Shown: one piece after another, positions 19,935 through 30,235 of the stretch
Layout of the letters: every line of letters begins with the position of its first letter
Numbering within the stretch: position 1 is the stretch's first letter
Origin: an archaeon
Lineage (GTDB): Archaea; Nanobdellota; Nanobdellia; SCGC-AAA011-G17; GW2011-AR17
NCBI GenBank assembly: GCA_043825775.1
Contig: JBDRRK010000002.1
Span: 1,308 to 65,307, forward strand
Reading direction: 5' to 3'
Length of the DNA: 64,000 bases
Position numbers and translations under genes: made by a program
The notes under the pieces: generated by a model
What the model was told of the DNA's origin: nothing
The model's input: only the letters and a program-made list of their open reading frames with translations
Databases searched by the model: none

Positions 19935-20427
19935 AAGAGGACAGATTTTTTCATGGGATTTATTGATAGCTGTTGCTCTTTTTATTTTTATATTAATGGC
20001 TTCTCTTTATATGTGGGAATTTTATAGAGAGAAGACTGAATTAGTTGATTTAAGGGCTGATATGGAGTTTAATGCTAGAAATGGTATGGTTTCTTTGTTG
20101 ACGACCTCTGGAAATCCTACTAATTGGAATACTCAACCTATTTTCAATGTAACTTCTTTTGGAATTGTTTCTGGAGATTTTGTTTTAGATGAGAACAAGG
20201 TTTCTAAATTTGAAGAGTGGAATAATACCTATTACAAAGAAATAAAAGGTTCATTAGGAATTAGAAAATATGAATTGTATGTTGATTTTTTGAATGCTTC
20301 TGATGTTAGTTTATATAAATTTGGAATTGAGAGCCCTATTTCTGCTAATGAAGTTGTTAGAATTGAGAGATTAGCTTTGATGGATGGAGATATTATTAGA
20401 GTTGTTATGGAGGTGTGGGATGGATAA
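19921..20427 (+). CDS. Class III signal peptide (pilin-like) protein
   Basis: NKRG/QIFSWDLLIAVALF; SGNPTNW motif. Confidence 0.82.
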   Translation: MFLNKRGQIFSWDLLIAVALFIFILMASLYMWEFYREKTELVDLRADMEFNARNGMVSLLTTSGNPTNWNTQPIFNVTSFGIVSGDFVLDENKVSKFEEWNNTYYKEIKGSLGIRKYELYVDFLNASDVSLYKFGIESPISANEVVRIERLALMDGDIIRVVMEVWDG

Positions 20428-20830
20428 AAGAGGGGTATTTTTTTCAATAGATGCTATAATTGCATTATTGGCTGCTATAATTTTGATAAGTATGATATTT
20501 GTGTATTTAGGACAGTTGAATGTTAAAGATGCTACACAGAATGAGTTATTAGAATACTCAAGAAGTGTTTTTACTGTTATGGAAAAGGGAGATTATTTAG
20601 AGGGTGTTGTTGATACTGGTTCTTTAGATAATGTTAGTTCTTTTTTTAATAATTTTACAAAAGATTCAGTATGTTTTAATCTTACTATCTATGATTCTTC
20701 TTTGAATGATCTAAATTTAGGAAAATTAAAAGATGGTTGTTCAATTTCTGAAGAAAAAGTTGTTGTTAGAAGATCTTTTATCTATGGTGAAAATGTTTAT
20801 TTAGCAAAAATGGAGGCACATTATGAATAA
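20420..20830 (+). CDS. Class III signal peptide (pilin-like) protein
   Basis: MDKRG/VFFSIDAIIALL; start at 20420 follows GGAGGTG. Confidence 0.82.
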   Translation: MDKRGVFFSIDAIIALLAAIILISMIFVYLGQLNVKDATQNELLEYSRSVFTVMEKGDYLEGVVDTGSLDNVSSFFNNFTKDSVCFNLTIYDSSLNDLNLGKLKDGCSISEEKVVVRRSFIYGENVYLAKMEAHYE

Positions 20831-21671
20831 AAAAGGATTTTTATTTACAATATTTACTTTACTAGTTTTAGTTTCATTACTTTTAATTAGTTTTGCTTAT
20901 CTTGATTGGTTTTCTAGTTATAAACAGAATGTTGTTTTTGGAATGTCAAATGCCCATAAAATTTCATATATTTCTGATGATATTTCTTATGATTTGGCTG
21001 ATTTATTTGATTTTAATGATTTTACTATTACTAGAGATAATGGCAGGGTTTTTTTAACTTTAAATAATATATTTAATACTACTAAGGATTATAATGTTTC
21101 TTTAGAGGATTATTTTTCTTTTGTTGAAAATGGGTATAGTGATGAAGTAAAAGCTGATGTTATTTTAGATGATGTTTCTTATTCAATGGATGTTTCAGGT
21201 TATAATATAACTTCTTATCAAGTAGGTCAAGATTATTATGTTACTACAGATGATTATCAATCTATTCTAGCAATTAACCTTACTGTTACTTTGTATAATG
21301 TTTCTGTTTTGACAAATACATTTTCCCCTAATGATGATGGAGATTCATATCCTTGGGTTCATGTTACTGTTTACAATAAGTATGGAGATCTTTTTTTGAA
21401 AGATTCAAAAAGATTAAATCCTACTCAGAATAATCCGAGGTTTACTGTTAATTTTTTAACTGGTGATGATTTAGATGTTTATTTTGAGAATAATCCTCAA
21501 GATGGAAGTTTACATTTAAATTATGAATATAATTTTACTGTAGATGAATTAGTTTATACAATGGTTGATAATAATCAAAGTATTTCTTTTGGAATGGAGG
21601 GAAATATCTTTATTGATCCTCATGTTAGTGATATTGAAAGATATACTGAATTAGTTGCTGTAGAGGGATAG
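20823..21671 (+). CDS. Class III signal peptide (pilin-like) protein
   Basis: MNKKG/FLFTIFTLLVL. Confidence 0.75.
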   Translation: MNKKGFLFTIFTLLVLVSLLLISFAYLDWFSSYKQNVVFGMSNAHKISYISDDISYDLADLFDFNDFTITRDNGRVFLTLNNIFNTTKDYNVSLEDYFSFVENGYSDEVKADVILDDVSYSMDVSGYNITSYQVGQDYYVTTDDYQSILAINLTVTLYNVSVLTNTFSPNDDGDSYPWVHVTVYNKYGDLFLKDSKRLNPTQNNPRFTVNFLTGDDLDVYFENNPQDGSLHLNYEYNFTVDELVYTMVDNNQSISFGMEGNIFIDPHVSDIERYTELVAVEG

Positions 21672-21703
21672 ATTTATATATTAAAATATATTGAATTAAT
21701 TAT

Positions 21704-22618
21704 ATGAAGAGGTCGTTATTAGTTATAGTTCTTTTAGTTATTTTAGTCTTAGCTGGGTGTAGTAATGAACCTGTAGAAAGAGGTATTGGACCTGATGAAA
21801 GGGTTTATGAAGATAATTCTAATTTTTTAATAGATAATTTATTTTATTTTGGTATTGGACTTGTAGGGGTTGTGGTTTTAGGCTTAATTTTTATTTTTAG
21901 AAATTCTATTTTTAGTATTTTTAAGAAGAAAGGAAAAAACCTTCCAGCTTTTAAGGAATTAATGAGTTTTGTTAGAGAAGCTGTTAAGGAAGGGAATAGT
22001 AATGAACATATTATTCAAGTTTTAGTTTCAGAAGGTTGGCCTAAAAAAGAAGTAGGTTTAGCTTTGGACAAAGTTCATAGGGAGAGACAAAAAAAATTAT
22101 TTGGTTTTATTCCAATTAAAAGAACTTCTGAAGAAGAAAGAATAGAGAATCATTTTAGAAATATTTTAAGAGATAAAGATAAAAGTAAAGATGAATTACA
22201 AAAAGATATTGATGAGGCTATGGATTTAAAGGAGAGGGAAGAACAGTTTATGGAAATAAAAAAAGAAATTAAAGAGGAAGTACCAAAAATATTAACTGAA
22301 GAAGTTAAAAGAGTATTAAGAGTTACTGATGATTTATTAGGAAAGATGCCTGAAAATATGTTAGAAGAGTTTGTTCATTCTGCTGATTTTGGAACTTACA
22401 AAAAAGTAATGAAAAAAGTACATGAACCTGTAAAAGAGAATGACAAAGCAATAGACAAAATGGATAAAGTCTTGACTTTGTTAGAGAAGGATGTTATTTC
22501 AAAAGATGAAGCTAGAAGAATGTTGGGGTTTAGCAAATTTTCTTCTCATAAAGTTGAAAAAACAGATAAGAAAAATATGTTGAAAAAGATTAAAGAAAGT
22601 AGAAAATACGAAAATTAA
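21704..22618 (+). CDS. Membrane protein with lipobox-like LAGC, second TM and charged cytoplasmic domain
   Basis: MKRSLLVIVLLVILVLAGC; TM; helical EGNSNEHIIQVLVSEGW motif. Confidence 0.65.
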   Translation: MKRSLLVIVLLVILVLAGCSNEPVERGIGPDERVYEDNSNFLIDNLFYFGIGLVGVVVLGLIFIFRNSIFSIFKKKGKNLPAFKELMSFVREAVKEGNSNEHIIQVLVSEGWPKKEVGLALDKVHRERQKKLFGFIPIKRTSEEERIENHFRNILRDKDKSKDELQKDIDEAMDLKEREEQFMEIKKEIKEEVPKILTEEVKRVLRVTDDLLGKMPENMLEEFVHSADFGTYKKVMKKVHEPVKENDKAIDKMDKVLTLLEKDVISKDEARRMLGFSKFSSHKVEKTDKKNMLKKIKESRKYEN

Positions 22619-22644
22619 TAAATGAGTTTATTCTTTAGAGAGCT

Positions 22645-23346
22645 ATGGGAAAGGTGATTGGTGTTATTTCTGTTAAGGGGGGAGTTGGAAAGACCTCTTG
22701 TACAAGTAATATAGGTGCAATGTTGTCAAAAGAGTATGGATTGAAAACCTTACTTATTGATGCTAATTTTTCTGCTCCAAATTTAGGATTACATTTGGGA
22801 ATTGCTGATCCAGATAGAACAATTCATGATGTTTTGGCTGGAAAGTGTTCTATTAATGATGCTATTTATGAGTATAGTGATACATTGCATGTGATTCCTG
22901 CGAGGTTGAATGTTAGGAAGAGAGTGGACTATGATAAATTTAAATCTAAATTAGGAAGAATAAAGAAAAATTATGATTATATTATAATTGATTCTTCTCC
23001 ATCTTTGAATTCTGAAATAAAAGCTACAATCAGTGCTTCTGATTATTTACTTGTTGTTACTAGTCCTGATTATCCAACAATTGCAACAACTATTAGTACT
23101 GTTAATGAAGTTGCTGCTTCAAAAAAACCTGTTTTGGGTTTAATTGTTAATAAATTTAGAAATAAAAGATTTGAACTTTCTATTAGAGATATTGAAGAGA
23201 CAATTGGTGTTCCAGCTGTTTCTATTTTACCTGATGTTTTTAAAATGAGAAAGAGTCTTGCTAAAACCACTCCTTTTGTTTTGTTATATCCTAGAAATAA
23301 GTTTAGTAAAGGAGTTAGAAAATTAACTTCTATGCTGTTGGAGTAA
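22645..23346 (+). CDS. MinD/ParA family ATPase
   Basis: Deviant Walker A KGGVGKT; LIDAN..APNL; YDYIIIDSSP; GLIVNK. Confidence 0.9.
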   Translation: MGKVIGVISVKGGVGKTSCTSNIGAMLSKEYGLKTLLIDANFSAPNLGLHLGIADPDRTIHDVLAGKCSINDAIYEYSDTLHVIPARLNVRKRVDYDKFKSKLGRIKKNYDYIIIDSSPSLNSEIKATISASDYLLVVTSPDYPTIATTISTVNEVAASKKPVLGLIVNKFRNKRFELSIRDIEETIGVPAVSILPDVFKMRKSLAKTTPFVLLYPRNKFSKGVRKLTSMLLE

Positions 23347-23378
23347 AGCTTATATAATTAATTACTTTATATTTTAAT

Positions 23379-24254
23379 ATGGGCTTGTTTGAAAAAGGGG
23401 TAGAAAAGGAAAAGAATTCTATAAAACCAAGAGTTTTGGTTGGAAAAAATGAAAAAAAAGAGATTAAGGAAAAAACTGTAGTAAAAAATGATTCAAAAAA
23501 AGAAGTTGAGAAATACAAAACAGATATTGATAGGTTGTTGAGTTTGGTTCATACTTCTAAAAGTGTTAATATGGATAAGATCCCTAATATTTTGGGGATA
23601 GATATTGTTCAAGTTGAAGAATTGGCAAAAACTTTAGAAAAAAGTGGGTTGATTGAAGTATATTATCCAGCAATGGGTTCTCCTTTGTTAAGAACTAAAG
23701 GGTTTGCAAAGAGAGATGAAAAAGATAAAACAAAGAAAAAGATAGAAATTGCTAAAATTTTAGGAAGTAAGTATGTTTATTTGAGTATTGTTGTTTTGGT
23801 TGTTGTTAGTTTGATTATAGGATCAATTTTTTTGTATAGTTTTATTAAAAAAGATGTTAAAGCAGTTGTAGAAGAGGATATTGTTGAGGAAGTTGTGGAA
23901 GAAGTTGTAGTTGGAGATATATTTAATGAAGAAGTTGTTAGTTTAGAAATGGCTTTTTCTGGAAGTGGTTCTTATTATTGTGATGCTACAAAGTCAGGAT
24001 ATAATACAGAGTATTGGATTTTAGATGAAGATGAAAAGTTGATTACTAGTTTAGGAAATAGTGATTCTACTGTAATAATCAAAGATGATACAATTTATAC
24101 TTATATTGAGAGTTCTGATACTTGGATTACTAGTGATGTAACAGATTCTACTTCTAGACCTGGAAGTAGTGTTCCTGACCTGGATAGTGCAGTTTGTAAA
24201 ACTTTTTTAGTAAATGAAACTTTTTTTAACATTGAAGAAGGAAAAATACAATGA
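23379..24254 (+). CDS. Bitopic membrane protein with N-terminal winged-helix-like region
   Basis: KTDIDRLL...VEELAKTLEKSGLIEVYYP; one TM; extracellular beta-rich domain. Confidence 0.65.
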   Translation: MGLFEKGVEKEKNSIKPRVLVGKNEKKEIKEKTVVKNDSKKEVEKYKTDIDRLLSLVHTSKSVNMDKIPNILGIDIVQVEELAKTLEKSGLIEVYYPAMGSPLLRTKGFAKRDEKDKTKKKIEIAKILGSKYVYLSIVVLVVVSLIIGSIFLYSFIKKDVKAVVEEDIVEEVVEEVVVGDIFNEEVVSLEMAFSGSGSYYCDATKSGYNTEYWILDEDEKLITSLGNSDSTVIIKDDTIYTYIESSDTWITSDVTDSTSRPGSSVPDLDSAVCKTFLVNETFFNIEEGKIQ

Positions 24255-25735
24255 AAAAGGTTATTGAAGAGTATAAAATTGAAGCTGATGGAGTTGTTGG
24301 AGATGTTTCTATTTATGAAGATAGTAATGAAAATGTTTATATTTATGATTTAAAGATTGTTGAGCTGGGGTTAGGAACAAAAGCCTTGATGGATCAATTA
24401 AGGGAAGAAATGGCTAAAGAGATTCCTATCTCTATTGATGAAATTACAGATCCTAGGAAGATAAATGCTTTGAAAGATAAATTTTACAAGAAGGCTGTTT
24501 CTAAGATTAAAGAGAGATTGCCAAATCTTGAAGAAAAAGATCAAGGTGTTTTGGCTGGAATGCTGTTGCATGATATGTATGGATTAGGATGGGTTGAAGT
24601 TTTGCTTGGAGATGATTTTTTAGAAGAAATTGCTATAAATAATTCAGAGACTCCTATTGCTGTTTACCATAAAAAATATGGCTGGTTGAAATCTACAAAT
24701 AAACTTGATTCTGAGATGGAAATTTATAATTTTGCTTCACAAATTGGAAGAAAAGTGAATAGACAAATTACTACTTTAAATCCGCTGATGGATGCACATC
24801 TATTAACTGGAGATAGAGTTGCTGCTACTTTATTTCCTATTTCAACTTTTGGAAATACAATAACAATAAGGAAATTTGCAAGGAATCCCTGGACAATTAT
24901 TTCTTTGATTGAAAATGGAACAACTTCAAAAGAGATTGTTGCTTTTCTTTGGTTATGTATTCAATATGAGATGAATATTATGGTTGTTGGAGGTACTGCT
25001 TCTGGTAAGACTAGTTTTATGAATGCATTGGCTGCTTTAGCTCCACCCTTTCAGAGAATTATTAGTATTGAGGATACAAGAGAGATTACTTTACCCGAAC
25101 CATTACATTGGAATTGGATTCCTTTGACTTCAAGAGATGCAAATCCAGAAGGACAGGGAAAGGTTTCTATGCTTGATTTAATGGTTTCTTCATTGAGAAT
25201 GAGACCTGATAGAATAATTGTTGGGGAAGTTAGAAGAAAGGAACAGGCAGAGACAATGTTTGAGGCTATGCATACAGGTCATTCAGTTATTACTACGATG
25301 CATGCGGATACTGTTGAACAGATTAAAAGAAGGTTGATGGAAGAGCCAATTTCAATTCCAAGAAATGAATTAGAAGGGTTACAATTATTTGTTGTTCAAT
25401 TTAGGGATAGAAGGAAGAATATAAGGAGAACATTGGAAATTGCAGAGGTTTCTTTAGGAGGGGAAGAAGGGGATTTACATACTAATACTTTGTTTAGATG
25501 GAGACCAAGAGATGATAAGGTTGAAAAAGTTAATGAAAGTGCTAGAATATTTGAAGATTTAAACTTACATACTGGAATGACTTTGAATGAGATTAAAGAG
25601 AATTTACAAGAGAAAGAAAAGATAATTCAATGGATGTTAGACAATAAAATGGAGAATATAGAATCTATTGGAAAGATAATGGAAGAGTATTATAGAAATC
25701 CTAAAGGACTTTTAGAGAGAGTTGGAGGAAGTTAG
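24251..25735 (+). CDS. Type II/IV secretion system ATPase (CpaF/VirB11/ArlI family)
   Basis: TIRKF, Walker A GGTASGKT, SIEDTRE, LRMRPDRIIVGEVR, AMHTGH..ITTMHA. Confidence 0.95.
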   Translation: MKKVIEEYKIEADGVVGDVSIYEDSNENVYIYDLKIVELGLGTKALMDQLREEMAKEIPISIDEITDPRKINALKDKFYKKAVSKIKERLPNLEEKDQGVLAGMLLHDMYGLGWVEVLLGDDFLEEIAINNSETPIAVYHKKYGWLKSTNKLDSEMEIYNFASQIGRKVNRQITTLNPLMDAHLLTGDRVAATLFPISTFGNTITIRKFARNPWTIISLIENGTTSKEIVAFLWLCIQYEMNIMVVGGTASGKTSFMNALAALAPPFQRIISIEDTREITLPEPLHWNWIPLTSRDANPEGQGKVSMLDLMVSSLRMRPDRIIVGEVRRKEQAETMFEAMHTGHSVITTMHADTVEQIKRRLMEEPISIPRNELEGLQLFVVQFRDRRKNIRRTLEIAEVSLGGEEGDLHTNTLFRWRPRDDKVEKVNESARIFEDLNLHTGMTLNEIKENLQEKEKIIQWMLDNKMENIESIGKIMEEYYRNPKGLLERVGGS

Positions 25736-26623
25736 ATGAGAGTTCCTTTGATGTTATTGAATTATAATTGGTTAAAGGTTATTTTAAGACCCTTTTTAGG
25801 TTTAGGAAAAATAATTGGTAAGATTTTTCCTGGATTAGAATTTGATTTGGTTGAGGCTGATTTAAATTTGAATGTTGCAGAGTATACAACTACTACTTTT
25901 TTTAATTCAATTTTTTACTTTGTTGTATTTTTTCTTTTAATGTTTGGTCTAAGTTTTAGAATCGCTGCTAGAGATCTAATTTATTCTTTATTTTTAAGTT
26001 TGGGTGTTGCAGTTGGTTTGTTTATTCTATTTTTTATTATTTTGATGAGATATCCAAAGGTTCTTTCTGGAAAGAGGGCAGAGAATGTTGATAAAACTTT
26101 ATTATTTGCTCTGAAAGATTTATTATTGCAAGTAAGTTCTGGAGTTAGTATCTATAATTCATTTGTTAATATTTCTCAGGCAAAATATGGTTTAGTTAGT
26201 GATGAGTTTAGATTGGCTGCCCAAGAAATAAATACTGGGACTGATATGGAAAGGGCTTTAGAGCATATGGCCAAGAGAACAAAGTCTACCTATTTGAGAA
26301 GGAGTCTATGGCAGTTAGTAAATACTATGAAGGTTGGGGCTAGTTTAGAAGGAGCTTTGAAGACAATAATTGAAGATTTAGCAAGAGACCAAAGATCTAA
26401 GATAAAAGATTATGCAAAGGAATTGAATTTGTGGACTTTGCTGTATATGTTGTTTGCAGTTGCTATTCCTACTTTGGGAGTTACTATGCTTGTTGTTTTA
26501 AGTGGGTTTGCTGGTTTTGGTGTTTCTAGTGGAGCTTTTACTTTTTTGATTATTGTTGTCATTATTATTCAAATTGCAATTATTGGTTTTATTAAAACAA
26601 GGAGGCCCATTGTACAACTATGA
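25736..26623 (+). CDS. Type II secretion system F (TadB/TadC-like) platform protein
   Basis: TMs flanking cytoplasmic domain YGLVSDEF...EINTG...ALE; directly downstream of the ATPase. Confidence 0.88.
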   Translation: MRVPLMLLNYNWLKVILRPFLGLGKIIGKIFPGLEFDLVEADLNLNVAEYTTTTFFNSIFYFVVFFLLMFGLSFRIAARDLIYSLFLSLGVAVGLFILFFIILMRYPKVLSGKRAENVDKTLLFALKDLLLQVSSGVSIYNSFVNISQAKYGLVSDEFRLAAQEINTGTDMERALEHMAKRTKSTYLRRSLWQLVNTMKVGASLEGALKTIIEDLARDQRSKIKDYAKELNLWTLLYMLFAVAIPTLGVTMLVVLSGFAGFGVSSGAFTFLIIVVIIIQIAIIGFIKTRRPIVQL

Positions 26624-27585
26624 AATTTAGAAGAAGAATATATAGATGGCTTGCAAATTTTTATCCTAATAAATATAAAATCTATTTAGCAAAAGAATTG
26701 GTTTATGGGGGGGAGAAAGACCATGTTGATTATTGGTTAGGCACTTCTTTTGCATTAGCATTTTTTTCAACTTTGGCTGTTTTATTATATCCTTTAGTTT
26801 TAATGGCAAAATATAATTATTTTTTTATTTTTTATGCTTTTGTTGTTTTTTTCTTGATGCATTTTATTGTTTATATGATTGTTTATTATAAACAGATGGA
26901 TAGGACTCAAAGGATTGAAAATTCTTTGCCTGATATGTTGCAGTTGGTTGCTTCTAATTTGAAAGCTGGTATGACTCCTTACCAATCATTAAAGATGGCT
27001 TCAAGAAAAGAATTTGGGCCATTGAGAGAAGAGATTGATTATGCAACCACTAAAGCATTAGGTATTGAAAATTTTGGTGATGCTTTAATGGCTATTAGGG
27101 ATCATGTAAAGTCTGATATGCTAGATAGAGCTTTGAAATTGTTAACAAGTTCTTTAAAGGCTGGTGGGAGATTAGCAGAAGTTTTAGAAAATGTTTCTTT
27201 AGATATTGCAGAAACAAGAGAGTTGAAAAGAGATTTGGTTACAAGTACTAAGAGTTATTCCATGTTTATTATGTTCATGGTTGTTTTTGGTGCACCATTA
27301 TTATTAGGAATTTCATTTCAGTTTTTAACAATGGTTACTGATTTGTATGAGAGTAGTGTATTTGAGGGAGGAGGATTAATTGGAGAGATTGCAATAACTC
27401 CTTTTTATTTTTCTAATTTTGCAATTATTTTTTTATTAATAACCTCTATTTTAGCTAGCTCATTAATGGGAACAATAAAAGAGGGAGATTTTAAATATGG
27501 TTTGAAAAATTTTCCTATTATCTTTTTTGGTTCTGTTATTTTGTTTTTTGTAGTTCGATATGTTGTTGGAAGATTACTCTTTTGA
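26620..27585 (+). CDS. Type II secretion system F (TadC-like) platform protein
   Basis: IENSLPDMLQLVASNLKAGMT, EFGPLREEI, GGRLAEVL. Confidence 0.9.
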   Translation: MKFRRRIYRWLANFYPNKYKIYLAKELVYGGEKDHVDYWLGTSFALAFFSTLAVLLYPLVLMAKYNYFFIFYAFVVFFLMHFIVYMIVYYKQMDRTQRIENSLPDMLQLVASNLKAGMTPYQSLKMASRKEFGPLREEIDYATTKALGIENFGDALMAIRDHVKSDMLDRALKLLTSSLKAGGRLAEVLENVSLDIAETRELKRDLVTSTKSYSMFIMFMVVFGAPLLLGISFQFLTMVTDLYESSVFEGGGLIGEIAITPFYFSNFAIIFLLITSILASSLMGTIKEGDFKYGLKNFPIIFFGSVILFFVVRYVVGRLLF

Positions 27586-27634
27586 GAAAGGTTTATAAAT
27601 AATATTATTATTGTATAAAATATTTAAGGAGGTT
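27586..27634 (+). promoter_or_regulatory. BRE/TATA plus Shine-Dalgarno of the probable major pilin
   Basis: GAAAGG-TTTATAAA (27586-27599); AGGAGGT at 27627-27633, 7 nt before ATG 27641. Confidence 0.65.
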
Positions 27635-27640
27635 ATTATA

Positions 27641-28090
27641 ATGAAAAGAGGGCAGGGTGCAACAGAATATTTGATTATTCTAGCTATTGTTATTGTTATC
27701 GCGTTAATTGTTATTGGTGTTTTAGGTACTATTCCAGGAATTGGTGGAAATGCTAAACAACAAGCATCAGAATCATATTGGGAAACAGCTGAAATAGGTG
27801 TGGTAGATTATTATAATACTTTTTCTACTGATATTTTAACTGTAAATGTAAAAAATAACCAAGAGGATACTATTACTATTGATAGTGTAACTATTGATGG
27901 AACTGTTGATAATACAAATAGTTCATTATCCCCTGGAGAAGAAGCAACATATACATTTTCTAAATCTTGTGAGAATAATGGAGATTCTTTTGAGTATGGT
28001 GTATCTGTAGTTTATGCTAATTCTGGGGCAGGAGATACAATGTTTACATTTACAGGGACTCAGAAACTAATCGGAACATGTTCCGCTTAG
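27641..28090 (+). CDS. Probable major type IV pilin (class III signal peptide)
   Basis: MKRG/QGATEYLIILAIVIVIALIVIG with E at +5; has its own promoter, SD and T-run terminator. Confidence 0.88.
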   Translation: MKRGQGATEYLIILAIVIVIALIVIGVLGTIPGIGGNAKQQASESYWETAEIGVVDYYNTFSTDILTVNVKNNQEDTITIDSVTIDGTVDNTNSSLSPGEEATYTFSKSCENNGDSFEYGVSVVYANSGAGDTMFTFTGTQKLIGTCSA

Positions 28091-28104
28091 TTTTTTTCTT
28101 TTTT
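28091..28104 (+). terminator. Oligo-T terminator
   Basis: TTTTTTTCTTTTTT immediately after the stop codon. Confidence 0.6.
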
Positions 28105-28157
28105 ATAATTATTTAAAAAACTATATCTTTTTAAATAATTCTTGATTTTGTGTATAG

Positions 28158-29717
28158 ATGGAAGAGGAACCTAAAAGATCCCTTAAAGAACATTTTGAGA
28201 AATATTATAAATATTATTTAATTGGGATTTTAGTTTTTGCTTTTATTATAAGACTTTATATGTTTGTTAAGTTTCATGCTGCAGGGGTTTGGTGGGATGA
28301 GGCTGATTATTTGGCTTTAGCTAGGAATTTTGCTTTTGGAACTCCAGAACAGGCTCCTCCTTACAGGGCTTGGGGAATAGCTGTTTTGTATACACCTTTA
28401 TATTGGTTAGGTTTTGGAGAATATACTTTTAAGTTCTTAGAGATAATATTTTCTGTTTTAGGTGTTTATTTGACTTATCTGATTGGTAAGGAATTTTTTG
28501 GAAAAAGAGTTGGATTGATCGCTGCTTTTGGAATGAGTACTTACTGGGTTCATTTGTTTTGGACTGCTAAAATTTCAATGGGTGTTATTGGAATGTTGTG
28601 TTCATGTGGTGCTGCTTTATTTTTCTATAAAGGGTATATTAAAAATGAAGGAAGAAAGTATCTTATTTATGCAGGAGCTTTAATTGGATATGGTATTATT
28701 CTCTATGAATCTGTTGGTTTTATTATACCTTTTATGATTTTATTCCTTTTAGTTACTGAGAAATGGAGATTCGTTTTAAATAAGAAATTTTGGATTTTTA
28801 TATTAGCTATGTTCTTAGCTGCTTTACCATTTTTAATTGCTAATCAAGTTATGTATGGTTCTCCTTATGCAAGGTTGGATATGTTTTTTAATTTTAAAGA
28901 TATTGGTAGTTCTGATGTTGGTGTTGGTGGAGGTGTTTTAGAAAGTTTAGGATTGGAAGAGAATGCAGGACAGATTATTTGGCAGTCAATTAGTATTTAT
29001 TTTGTTAATCTTCCTATGATGATTCAATGGGGATTTTTGATATTAGTAATTATTGGGTTATATGGTTTTTTGAATATGTTCCTTGGTTTTGATTTGGTAT
29101 GGAAAAATAAATCTTCTAAATTAAAAAAAGATTTTTATGTTTTATTATGGCCATTATCCCTTTTGGTTATTGTGGGTTATTTGGTTTCTAGTGGGCATGG
29201 GTTTTATTTTGAACCTAGGTTTGCTTTCCCTGCAATGCCTATGATTTTTGCCATAGCTGGAAGTGGTGCTTTGATATTGTATGATTCCTTAAAGAAATAT
29301 AATAAAATATTAGGTATTGTTGTTGTTTTAGGACTTTTAATTTGGGGGGGTTATTCAGGAGTTAAATATGGTATTGATTTGAGTGAAGCAAAATACACTG
29401 CATTTTATTATGAAAGAGAGGCTGGAGAATGGTTGAAGGAAAATAGTGAAGAAGGAGATGTTTTTATTGCATGTTCACAGGCAGTTCCATTGATTTATTA
29501 TGCTGAAAGAGATATTTATACTTTTCATGATACTATTGAAAGTTATGAGGGGCAAATGGAAGAATATGATCCCACATATATTATATTTGATTTCTATGGA
29601 ATGTGTAATGGAGACCTCATTACTCAGAACTTTGAGGATTTGGAGCTTGTAAATGCATATTTTATGGATGAAGCTAAACAACAACCTATTATATTGATAT
29701 TTAAACAAAGAGCATAA
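28158..29717 (+). CDS. GT-C fold glycosyltransferase (ArnT/PMT, family 39-like)
   Basis: WWDEADY after first TM; about 12 TMs; EPRF; EAGEWLKENS C-terminal domain. Confidence 0.85.
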   Translation: MEEEPKRSLKEHFEKYYKYYLIGILVFAFIIRLYMFVKFHAAGVWWDEADYLALARNFAFGTPEQAPPYRAWGIAVLYTPLYWLGFGEYTFKFLEIIFSVLGVYLTYLIGKEFFGKRVGLIAAFGMSTYWVHLFWTAKISMGVIGMLCSCGAALFFYKGYIKNEGRKYLIYAGALIGYGIILYESVGFIIPFMILFLLVTEKWRFVLNKKFWIFILAMFLAALPFLIANQVMYGSPYARLDMFFNFKDIGSSDVGVGGGVLESLGLEENAGQIIWQSISIYFVNLPMMIQWGFLILVIIGLYGFLNMFLGFDLVWKNKSSKLKKDFYVLLWPLSLLVIVGYLVSSGHGFYFEPRFAFPAMPMIFAIAGSGALILYDSLKKYNKILGIVVVLGLLIWGGYSGVKYGIDLSEAKYTAFYYEREAGEWLKENSEEGDVFIACSQAVPLIYYAERDIYTFHDTIESYEGQMEEYDPTYIIFDFYGMCNGDLITQNFEDLELVNAYFMDEAKQQPIILIFKQRA

Positions 29718-29749
29718 GGTTTAAAAATAGATTTTAATAAATTTCTTTT

Positions 29750-30235
29750 ATGGAATTTGTTTATAAATTGTTGAAAAGGTTGAGATGGAGAGCTGTTAGG
29801 AAAGTTATAGGTGGAAATGGGAAATTATTAGATATTGGTGCTCAAGATTTATATTTTTATAATCAATTGAAAAATAGATTTGATATTGTTTTATCTGATT
29901 TTGATCCTAAATTAGATATTATTAAGAAAGAGGATGTTCAGAACTTATCATTTGAAGATAATACCTTTGATGTTGTTTTATGTCAAGAGGTTTTGGAACA
30001 TGTTCAAGATCCAGTTAGAGCTATTAAGGAATTGAAAAGGGTTTGTAGGAAAAGATTAATTATTACTGTTCCAAATGAGCCTTATTTTACTTTATTAAGA
30101 GGATTTAAATGGGATAGAGAACATTTATGGGCTTTGACTCCTAGGCTGTTTAAAACTTATTTAGGAAGACCTGTTTATGAGAAAAAGATTGTTTGTAAAA
30201 GATATTATTTAGGGGTTTGGGAATTTGAAAAATAA
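29750..30235 (+). CDS. Class I SAM-dependent methyltransferase
   Basis: LLDIGA, LSFEDNTFDVVLCQEVLEHV, IITVPNE. Confidence 0.88.
   Translation: MEFVYKLLKRLRWRAVRKVIGGNGKLLDIGAQDLYFYNQLKNRFDIVLSDFDPKLDIIKKEDVQNLSFEDNTFDVVLCQEVLEHVQDPVRAIKELKRVCRKRLIITVPNEPYFTLLRGFKWDREHLWALTPRLFKTYLGRPVYEKKIVCKRYYLGVWEFEK

Noticed and set aside
24251-27585. Archaellum (motility) operon
   Set aside because: No recognisable archaellin or ArlF/ArlG genes; a split platform plus KRGQ pilins fits a type IV pilus better.
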